Origin: Bacteroidota bacterium
GTDB lineage: Bacteria > Bacteroidota > Bacteroidia > Bacteroidales > UBA6013
Reading direction: 5' to 3'
Assembly (NCBI GenBank): GCA_020048645.1
Contig: JAIFMG010000040.1
Span: 20,068 to 84,067, forward strand
DNA length: 64,000 nucleotides
Shown: one piece after another, positions 56,660 through 64,000 of the stretch
Layout of the letters: each line of letters starts with the position of its first letter
How positions within the stretch are numbered: position 1 is the first letter of the stretch
Made by a program: the position numbers and the translations under genes
The notes under the pieces: generated by a model
Seen by the model: the letters and a program-made list of their open reading frames with translations, nothing else
Told to the model about the DNA's origin: nothing
The model's database searches: none

Positions 56660-56812
56660 TCAGAAACGCAGCCGCAGGTTCGCGTGGAAGGTCCGCCCGT
56701 TCGGCACGAACGGGCTCCGCTCCCAAGGGTAGCGGAACCGCCTGCCTTTGTCCTGGGCGATCAGCTCGCTCTCGTGCGTAGGCTGGCCATAGGTACAAAT
56801 GGGAAAAATCAT
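56660..56812 (-). pseudogene. C-terminal stub (50 codons) of a TonB-dependent receptor
   Basis: The translation is MIFPICTYGQPTHESELIAQDKGRRFRYPWERSPFVPNGRTFHANLRLRF*, ending in the aromatic TBDR C-terminal strand. The upstream approximately 700-900 codons are absent. The composition switches to AT-rich at about 56790. Confidence 0.55.
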
Positions 56813-56853
56813 GCTAAATATTATCGTTACCATTTATTAATTTCACGCATTGA

Positions 56854-58995
56854 TTATTTTTTGGATTGATTTTTTCGATGCAAGGCCATCATGACGCGAA
56901 TCGGCGAATAATCTATCGTCCCCTTCAGATGCTCGAAGATGACCTTGGCCTTGAGGCTCTCGCCGGTCTGCTCGATGGCCTCGGCGATGAGCTTTCTTTG
57001 GCTTTCTGGAATAAGTAGCTGAATATCAATGGCTTTGTCGGCCTCGACCAGTTCCATGATGTGCCCCCAGATGGTGGAAGGCGCCAGGTCGCGCTGGCGT
57101 GCCACCGCTACAATGTCAGGCGTGGCCTTCAGAAGCTCCCAGGTCCGTAGCATCGAACTGCCGACAATGCCGGCCTTGCCGCTGGGCAGCTCGTCGTGCA
57201 GGGCCACGAAGTCGCCGATGCGGTCCACGAAGACCTGCCCAAAGTCCTCGAGCTTCTTCTGCCCGACGCCCGAAACCAAGGCGAAGGCCTCGAGGGTCGT
57301 GGGCTTTTTGGCGGCCATGTCCTTGAGGGCCGCGTCCGAGAAGACCACGTAGGGCGGCACGCCGCGGTTCTCGGCCAGGTCCTTGCGCAGGCGGCGCAGT
57401 TGCTCGAACAGGCGCTCGTCGGGGTCCTGCGTGGGCTGCGGCTTCTCCTTGGACTTGGCCAGCAGGTCCTTCTGCCGCAGGTCGATTGGGACGTTGAGCA
57501 TCACCTTTCGTCCATTGAAAAGCACCTGCTTGCTCACCTCGTTGGTTTTCAGGACGTTTTCCTCGTCGTAGGCCATGTCCATCAGGCCCTGGTTGAGCAT
57601 CTGCATCAAGTAGTTCTGCCAATGGCTGAACGAGAGGTCGCGGCCGGCGCCGAAGGTCTTGATCAGGTCGAATCCGCCGTCGCGCACCTTCTGGGTGATG
57701 CTGCCTTTGAGCACGTCCACCAGGGTGTTCAGGCCGACTTTCTCCTGGCAGCGCAAGATGGCCGAGAGGGCCTTCTGGGCCAAGACAGTGCCGTCGAATC
57801 GCTTGGGCGGATCCTGGCAGACGTCGCAGTTGCCGCAGTCCTGCTCCATGTCTTGCCCGAAGTAGCTCAGCAGCACCCGCCGGCGGCAGAACTGGGCCTC
57901 GGTGAAATCTTGCATCCGCTGGAGCTTGGCCCTTTCGACTTCCTGGTTCTGGCTTTCCTCTATGAATTTCTGATAGTTGATGACATCGCCATAGCTGTAA
58001 AAGAGCAGCGTGTCCGATTTCAGCCCGTCGCGGCCGGCCCGGCCAATTTCCTGGTAGTAGCTCTCGATGTTTTTTGGCATGTTGTAATGGATGACCCAGC
58101 GCACGTTGGGCTTGTCGATGCCCATGCCGAAGGCCACCGTGGCGCAGATGATGGGCACCTGGTCGGTGATGAAGCGGTCTTGCCGGGCCGAGCGCTCGGC
58201 GGGGTCCAGGCCGGCGTGGTAGAAGTCGGCCTCGATGCCCGCGTCGCGCAGGCGGGTGGCGACCGACTCGGTGGCGTTGCGGCTCAGGCAATAGACGATG
58301 CCCGACTGGCCCGGCCTCCGTTCGATGAAGCGGAGGATGCGCTGGATGCGGTCCTGGCCAGGCAAGACGTTGAGGCTCAAGTTCGGACGGTCGAACGAGG
58401 CGATGAAGGTGCGGCCATCCTCGATGCCGATCTGCTTGAGGATGTCGCGGCGCGTGACCTTGTCGGCCGTGGCGGTCAGGGCCAGCACGGGCGTCCCGGG
58501 GAACTGCTTCTTGAGGAAGGCCAACTGGGTGTATTCGGGGCGGAAGTCGTGGCCCCAGGCCGAGATGCAGTGGGCCTCGTCGATGGCGAAGAGGCTGGGC
58601 TGGATGCGCTGGAGCATTTGCGAAAAGTCGCGGCCGAGCAGCTTTTCGGGCGAAACATAGAGCAGCTTGACCTGGCCTTGATAGACGCGGGCCTCAATGG
58701 CAGCCTGTTCGGCGGAGCTTTGGCTGCTGTTGATAAACTCGGCCGCGACGCCGTTGCTCTTGAGCGCGCCCACCTGGTCCCTCATCAGGGCGATCAGGGG
58801 CGAGACCACCACGCAGACGCCCGGCTGGACCAGGGCCGGAATCTGGTAGCAGAGCGACTTTCCGCCGCCCGTGGGCATCAGCACCAGGGCATCCTGGCCT
58901 GAGAGGACGTGCTCGATGATTTCGCTCTGCAAAGGGCGGAAACTGTCGTAGCCGAAGTAGCGCTTGAGGGTCTGGAGGATACGCGGGTCAGCCAT
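56854..58995 (-). CDS. recQ: ATP-dependent DNA helicase RecQ
   Basis: FGYDSFRPLQSEII...LVLMPTGGGKSLCYQIPAL, DEAHCISAWGHDFRPEY, zinc-binding CGNCDVC, and a C-terminal HRDC domain. Confidence 0.9.
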   Translation of the reverse strand: MADPRILQTLKRYFGYDSFRPLQSEIIEHVLSGQDALVLMPTGGGKSLCYQIPALVQPGVCVVVSPLIALMRDQVGALKSNGVAAEFINSSQSSAEQAAIEARVYQGQVKLLYVSPEKLLGRDFSQMLQRIQPSLFAIDEAHCISAWGHDFRPEYTQLAFLKKQFPGTPVLALTATADKVTRRDILKQIGIEDGRTFIASFDRPNLSLNVLPGQDRIQRILRFIERRPGQSGIVYCLSRNATESVATRLRDAGIEADFYHAGLDPAERSARQDRFITDQVPIICATVAFGMGIDKPNVRWVIHYNMPKNIESYYQEIGRAGRDGLKSDTLLFYSYGDVINYQKFIEESQNQEVERAKLQRMQDFTEAQFCRRRVLLSYFGQDMEQDCGNCDVCQDPPKRFDGTVLAQKALSAILRCQEKVGLNTLVDVLKGSITQKVRDGGFDLIKTFGAGRDLSFSHWQNYLMQMLNQGLMDMAYDEENVLKTNEVSKQVLFNGRKVMLNVPIDLRQKDLLAKSKEKPQPTQDPDERLFEQLRRLRKDLAENRGVPPYVVFSDAALKDMAAKKPTTLEAFALVSGVGQKKLEDFGQVFVDRIGDFVALHDELPSGKAGIVGSSMLRTWELLKATPDIVAVARQRDLAPSTIWGHIMELVEADKAIDIQLLIPESQRKLIAEAIEQTGESLKAKVIFEHLKGTIDYSPIRVMMALHRKNQSKK

Positions 58996-59343
58996 CTTGA
59001 AGGGTTTTTAAGGGTGGGGCAAACAGTTGTCAGTTTTTCAAACTTTTCTCAAATAAAACTAAAAATTCGCAAGCACAAAGCGGATGAGACCGATTTTTTT
59101 AGAAACTGTTGAATTGCATCAAAAACACAACCAATTGTCTATCAGATTTTTAGCTTGGAATACAATTCGTATCTCCTTGGCTTACAAAGCAATAGACAAG
59201 AAGAAAAGGAATCGCCAGACAGGCATCACCGATGGGCCATGCGCCCCGCCCCTGCGCGTCGCGGGCGACGATCGGAAAGGCAAGCACCCGCTTGGCCAAG
59301 TTTTCAATGCCATCTTTCTATATGCTCAAAACAGGCTGACAAT

Positions 59344-59378
59344 GGCTTTCAAGCCCTGCCCAAGCGACGGAGTGCGGA
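59344..59378 (+). repeat. Left copy of an imperfect 35-bp direct repeat
   Basis: ggctttcaagccctgcccaagcgacggagtgcgga, identical at 29/35 positions to 61788-61822. Confidence 0.6.
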
Positions 59379-59591
59379 ACTGACTTTTTCCTGGTTTGTG
59401 AGTTGCTGAAGGTTGTCCCAAAATCATGGGTGATGCACCCGGAAGCAAGCAATGCAACCCCAAGCCGCGACCTTTTTCGCCTCGGAACGCACTATGGATT
59501 GGACCGGCTTGGCTGTTTCCAATCCGCGGAAATCGCTCTGAAAGCGACTCATTGGAGGGCAACTTGACAGGAATCGCCGGCAAAGTCGCGT

Positions 59592-60368
59592 TTATGACTT
59601 GTAACCAAGAACATATATCTGCTCCCTTGGCTCAAATTCGAGCCTTGCGCTATAATCGTAGTATCCGTAAGTAGCCTCTATTCGAAAACCATTTTGCAAA
59701 AACAACGCTTCCGCCTGTCTGGGTAAAAGAAAACCAAGCTCCAGCCGCTCCGAATATTCCTCAAGTACCCTTCCGTCTCGGTGTTTCTGGCAAATCATTT
59801 CATAAAAAACAATCTGACGTTCCCAATCGGGTTCAAACTCGGTTATGATTCTGCGTACATGGCAGCCCAAGTCTGCTGCGTAGAGGTCAAAATCAATGAA
59901 TGATTTTGGATAGCCGTCGTGCATGGCTTTGAGATTAGGGTCAAACATTGTTACGATGACCCTTGTATCTGCCTTCATGTGCTTCTTGATGGACTCCAAG
60001 CATTTGATCCTTTCGTCATGGCTTCTCAGCGCCTGAAAAACCCGGTATGGCAAGATGATGCCATCGAAAAGCATCGAGAGCTCAAAGCATGTCATGTCGG
60101 CATGAAACAGTGCGACTTTGAGGCTCGGGTTGGATTTCAATTTTCGTCGAAACACGTTCAGCATTGGAATTGAGAGGTCAAGCCCGCTGACTTCGCAGCC
60201 GTGCTTGGCCAGCTCCAATCCTACTCGCCCAGTGCCACATCCTACCTCGAGTATCGCTTGCCCAGCTTGAAATTCGTTCAGATAAAAACCCAGGTCATCC
60301 TGGAGGACCCGTCGCCCGTTGCCAAAGTCATAAAACTCGGCTGTCATTTCGTAGAGGTTCAAGGTCAT
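59592..60368 (-). CDS. Class I SAM-dependent methyltransferase
   Basis: The ATG at 60368 gives MTLNLYEMTAEFYD.... SAM motif I is ILEVGCGTGRVGLELAKHGCEVSGLDLS. G+C is lower than the flanks. Confidence 0.75.
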   Translation of the reverse strand: MTLNLYEMTAEFYDFGNGRRVLQDDLGFYLNEFQAGQAILEVGCGTGRVGLELAKHGCEVSGLDLSIPMLNVFRRKLKSNPSLKVALFHADMTCFELSMLFDGIILPYRVFQALRSHDERIKCLESIKKHMKADTRVIVTMFDPNLKAMHDGYPKSFIDFDLYAADLGCHVRRIITEFEPDWERQIVFYEMICQKHRDGRVLEEYSERLELGFLLPRQAEALFLQNGFRIEATYGYYDYSARLEFEPREQIYVLGYKS

Positions 60369-60550
60369 GGCTCTCACTTTACGAGTTCAACATTCAATTG
60401 CCACGTTCGGTCATGAGATCGCAGCGGTTTATGACCTGAATGTAGCGAAATTGGGGTTGCGGCAATGTTTTGGCGACTTTCTCGCGAAGACCTCAGCGAA
60501 GCAAAACGCCCCAATACTACTGTATCCAAGCGGCTTGCCTTGGTTTCTTC

Positions 60551-61063
60551 TCATTCATTTTCAGCCCAATAGTCATTAAAATCCGAATATTGTTTTACCA
60601 AAATATCCGGCTTATCCATCAGCAAATACTTGTTCCTATTATTCACAAGTTTTGAAACCACGCTTTTCGAATTGTAATTTAGTCCATCCAATATTTTGTG
60701 GATGAATCGAACATATTGATATGTTTTTGGAAAGATAAAGGTAAGCTCGTTATCGTCATGAACAGAGATTTTAACGTCATTCTGACAAACAATGTCCATG
60801 TCATCTATGGAATATTGTTGATTGTTTGTGAAAAAATCTACAAGTTCTTCGATTGAATCTTTCTGCTTTATGTCGTCACTGTAAATGTATTCCAAATCAT
60901 AATTTGATGCCATTAGATACAAATCTTTGATTTTGTAACTTTTCGGCAATTGGGACAATATTTCCATTACAGGAACATCAGCAAACAGAAATAAATTACC
61001 ACCATTTTCTGTTTCGTCATAAAACATCATGGGTATATTTTTGTCTTTCATCGCTATTGGCAT
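60551..61063 (-). CDS. Hypothetical acidic cytoplasmic protein (immunity-protein-like), very AT-rich
   Basis: 170 aa (or 166 aa from the ATG at 61051). I see no TM helix or signal peptide. It overlaps or abuts the upstream gene's stop at 61054. Line 60901-60960 has 18/60 G+C. Confidence 0.5.
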   Translation of the reverse strand: MPIAMKDKNIPMMFYDETENGGNLFLFADVPVMEILSQLPKSYKIKDLYLMASNYDLEYIYSDDIKQKDSIEELVDFFTNNQQYSIDDMDIVCQNDVKISVHDDNELTFIFPKTYQYVRFIHKILDGLNYNSKSVVSKLVNNRNKYLLMDKPDILVKQYSDFNDYWAENE

Positions 61064-61488
61064 GGTTTTATGTGTGAAGAATTCGTATTCTTCCCGGTGG
61101 GATTTCCATTTCTATCCAAATATAAGTCCTTGTCGCTTAATGGGTTTGGATTAAATCTATGCCAATGGTCAACTCCTCTGAATCGAGGCTCACCAGGAAT
61201 CCCTTTGTCAAAAGCTATTTTGATATTCGTGTCTCTATAGGTGAATATACGTCTGTTTCTCATATTTGGATTTGTAATTTCTTTCCAGTCATCGCTTAAA
61301 TCATTCGGATCACAGGGTGGTTTTGCCCAATCAATATCTGTATCGGCAGAAATATCGGTCGGAACGCTTGTCGGCTTTTCGATTGCATGGTAGATTGTAA
61401 TTCCAATTGCAACTGAAATAACAAGTGATGCGATTAAGATTTTAAATTTTTCAAAAGTGAAGCCTGGAGAAACTGCAATTCCATTCAT
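61054..61488 (-). CDS. Small membrane-anchored protein with a His-rich C-terminal motif (putative toxin-like)
   Basis: The first ATG at 61488 gives MNGIAVSPGFTFEKFKILIASLVISVAIGITIY, a signal anchor. The track ORF begins at GTG 61518. The C-terminus has GVDHWHRFNPNPLSDKDLYLDRNGNPTGKNTNSSHIKP. Confidence 0.5.
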   Translation of the reverse strand: MNGIAVSPGFTFEKFKILIASLVISVAIGITIYHAIEKPTSVPTDISADTDIDWAKPPCDPNDLSDDWKEITNPNMRNRRIFTYRDTNIKIAFDKGIPGEPRFRGVDHWHRFNPNPLSDKDLYLDRNGNPTGKNTNSSHIKPCQ

Positions 61489-61787
61489 TGCTATTGTGTC
61501 AAAAGTTAATGTAAACACACTTCAAACAACAATCTTCCACCGCTTCTGTCAAGTGTTTTGGCACCGGACACCGGCGGTCTTGAAGTGAAGATTGCTCCTC
61601 CTTAGATTGGGTTGGACTGCAATAATACAAAACTGGTTTTGAAACCGCAAGGCTCGTGACATTTTTTTTCGCGCACCCGTCCGCGCTTGCTGGGAGTCGC
61701 TGAGAGATGCTCGCATCATCTTGGTTTTCAGAAGAGAAGTTTTGGCTGGGCCTTGGGAATCTCGTTCTGCGGGCGGACATTTCCGAA

Positions 61788-61822
61788 GGCTCTCAAGCAC
61801 TGCCCAAGCGATGGGTCGCGGA
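61788..61822 (+). repeat. Right copy of the imperfect 35-bp direct repeat
   Basis: ggctctcaagcactgcccaagcgatgggtcgcgga. Weaker similarity continues for about 30 nt to the right in both copies. Confidence 0.6.
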
Positions 61823-62012
61823 GCGGGCATCTGCCCGGCGCGAGGGTTGGCGAGGCTTGTCCAAAGCCGCATGATCTCCCTACCGAACCGAGCGAGGCCA
61901 TGCTTCCGATGGGGAGGTTCAAGCCGATGCTGGACTGGATCCGAAAAAAATGACAAACGGTTTTTCAGCGCGCAGGGCTTTTTTCGTAAATTTCGATTCC
62001 ATTCGACGCCCC

Positions 62013-63911
62013 ATGATCCGCAAAAGCCTGTCCCTCAAATTCCTGATGTATGCCACCGCCGCCGGGGTGCTGCTGATCCTGCTGCTGATGGCGGTCTCGA
62101 CCCGCCTTCTGCTGGGCCGGGCCTTCAAGGCCTACGAGGTCAACAGCCAGTTCCAGCGGCTCTACCAGATTTCGGAGGCCATGCGCCAGCGCGAGAAGGA
62201 CTTCCAGTTGTACGACGTGATTTCCAACACGTTCTACGAGACCGGGAACAGTCCTTTCCTGGGCCAGTACACCGAGCTTAGGCAGCAGGCCTCCGAGGCG
62301 CTGGCCCTGCTGGCCCAGGAGGAGCTGGTGCGCTCGGCCTACCTCGACCGCGAGTTGCAACTGCTGGGCCAGGGCATCGAGCAGCAGACCGAGGCTTTCG
62401 CCAAGCTCGTGCTCCTGACCCGGCAGAAGGGATTCAAGAACCACGGCCTCGAAGGGCAGATGCGCGGCCTGGTCCACACCATCGAGACCAAGATCGACTC
62501 GATGGACCGCGCACAGGACTTGCGGGTGGCCATGCTCACGCTCCGCCGCCACGAAAAGGACTACCTCCTGCGCCGCGACATGCGCTACCTCGAACTGTTC
62601 TCGGAGCAGATTTTGTTTAGCAAGGCGCTGCTCCGGCAAGAAGCCGCATGGCGAGACCCCCTGGCCATCAGCCAGTTGAACAACTTGTTCGAACTCTACG
62701 AGACCGTCTTCCGCGACCTGGTCGATAAAGACCGCCAGATCGGCGTGACGAGCGACGCCGGGCAGCGCGCCCGCGTGGAACGCCTTGGCCTCCAGGTCGG
62801 TGGGGCCCTGACCCGCATGGCCCAAGTGGTACAGGAGAGCACCCGCGGGGAAATCGAGCGGAGCACCCGAGGGCTTTTCTGGATGCTGGCGCTGTTCACC
62901 CTGGCCATCACCGCCCTGCTGCTGCGCAACGCCGCCTACCTCGACAGCTCCATCCGCTTCGTCCAAAAGAAAGTGGACCGCCTGGCCAAGGGCGACACCC
63001 AGCAGTCCATCGTCATCCAAAAACAAGATGAAATCGGGCAGATGCTCGGCAAGATCCGCGAACTTTCGGAGAGCCTCGGACTGCGGGCCGCCTTCGCCAA
63101 CGAAATCGCGCAAGGCAACTTCCAGGCCGATTTCAAGCCCCTGGGCAAGCAGGACACCCTGGGGCTGGCCCTGGTGGACATGCGCGACAAGCTGGAACAG
63201 AACCGTTTGGCCAAGCTCCGCCAGGATGAGCGCGAGGCCCAGGAGCGCTGGGCCGCCGAGTCGCTCGCCCGGCTGGGCGACCTGCTCAACCAGAGCTTCA
63301 CCGCCCTCGAGCCTTTCGCCTCCGCGCTGGTGTTCTTCCTGGCCAAGCTGATCGACGTCCAGCAGATGGGCCTCTACCTTGCCGAGCCCGAGCGGGAGCA
63401 GATCCGCCTGCTCGCCTGCGTGGCCTACAACCACGAACAGCTCGACGGGCAGACCCTCGCGCCCGGCGAAGGCCTTGTCGGCATGTGCATCGAAGAAGGA
63501 AAGCGACTGGTTTTCACCGAATTGCCCCCCAACTACCTGACCATCCGATCCGGCTTGGGCGACACGCCTCCCAGCCACCTGGCCCTGGTGCCGCTCCGCT
63601 CGCGCGACAAGATCCTCGGCGCCCTCGAAATGGCCAGCCTCAAGCCCTTGCCCTCGCACCACCTCGACTTCCTCGACCGCGCCTCCGACAACATCTCCCG
63701 CTCGCTGGCCAACTTCATGGCCAACCTGCGCACCCAGGACCTCCTCAAGGCCTCCAAGGAACAGGCCCACCTGCTCAGCTCGCAGGAAGAGGAGCTGCGC
63801 CAGAACCTCGAGGAGCTGCAAGCCACCCAAGAAGAGGCCCAACACCGCGAGGAGCTGCTCCGGGCCGAAATCCGGCGGCTCAAGGCCGAACTCGCCAAGC
63901 GCCCCGCCTGA
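62013..63911 (+). CDS. Membrane sensor with HAMP and GAF domains and a terminal coiled coil; no output domain
   Basis: The ATG at 62013 gives MIRKSLSLKFLMYATAAGVLLILLLMAV. It has a second TM helix plus HAMP (…IRFVQKKVDRLAKGD…DEIGQMLGKIRE), a GAF-like region, and ends with SQEEELRQNLEELQATQEEAQ.... Confidence 0.75.
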   Translation: MIRKSLSLKFLMYATAAGVLLILLLMAVSTRLLLGRAFKAYEVNSQFQRLYQISEAMRQREKDFQLYDVISNTFYETGNSPFLGQYTELRQQASEALALLAQEELVRSAYLDRELQLLGQGIEQQTEAFAKLVLLTRQKGFKNHGLEGQMRGLVHTIETKIDSMDRAQDLRVAMLTLRRHEKDYLLRRDMRYLELFSEQILFSKALLRQEAAWRDPLAISQLNNLFELYETVFRDLVDKDRQIGVTSDAGQRARVERLGLQVGGALTRMAQVVQESTRGEIERSTRGLFWMLALFTLAITALLLRNAAYLDSSIRFVQKKVDRLAKGDTQQSIVIQKQDEIGQMLGKIRELSESLGLRAAFANEIAQGNFQADFKPLGKQDTLGLALVDMRDKLEQNRLAKLRQDEREAQERWAAESLARLGDLLNQSFTALEPFASALVFFLAKLIDVQQMGLYLAEPEREQIRLLACVAYNHEQLDGQTLAPGEGLVGMCIEEGKRLVFTELPPNYLTIRSGLGDTPPSHLALVPLRSRDKILGALEMASLKPLPSHHLDFLDRASDNISRSLANFMANLRTQDLLKASKEQAHLLSSQEEELRQNLEELQATQEEAQHREELLRAEIRRLKAELAKRPA

Positions 63912-64000
63912 CGCGGCCTTGTTTGCGTGTCGGCAGCTCCTGCCTATCTTCGCGAGCCAGGCACTGCCGATGCCCGCCCCCTGTAAAACCCAACCCAATG

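Overview
This is a high-GC chromosomal segment. A sampled line at 57301-57360 has 40/60 G+C. It looks like a gliding member of the Bacteroidota: it has GldH, a type III glutamine synthetase, a tmRNA with an ...LAA tag, TAnnTTTG-type -7 promoter boxes and many lipoproteins. I call about 50 protein genes, one tmRNA and no rRNA, tRNA, CRISPR array, transposase or integrase.

Core content:
- oxyR-dps, glnN, plsY, recQ, ssrA and gldH
- an alcohol/aldehyde dehydrogenase cluster with a TetR regulator
- a POT peptide transporter, an M1 peptidase, and several sensor proteins (HAMP-GAF-PP2C, a hybrid histidine kinase)

Accessory content:
- Two solitary type IIG restriction-modification fusion genes. One sits in a co-directional cluster with an Rpn-type PD-(D/E)xK nuclease, a polytopic membrane protein and a translationally coupled lipoprotein. 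The other is a clearly AT-rich single-gene insertion between plsY and gldH, with a C10 tract in its leader.
- A low-GC HEPN/MNT toxin-antitoxin islet.
- A low-GC islet with a putative membrane-anchored toxin, an immunity-like gene and a methyltransferase, bracketed by an imperfect 35-bp direct repeat.

The most system-like unexplained loci:
1. An orphan endolysin / holin-like / unimolecular-spanin-like four-gene cassette (20.4-22.9 kb) with no phage genes nearby.
2. Immediately next to it, a secreted multi-WD40 protein whose C-terminal caspase-fold domain has lost the His/Cys dyad. It is translationally coupled to a porin-like gene.
3. A PurL-derived apparent pseudoenzyme embedded in an envelope-modification operon.
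4. A roughly 180-nt rod-like structured element between dps and glnN that no annotation explains.

All functional calls come from reading the translations and motifs by eye. No database search was run.
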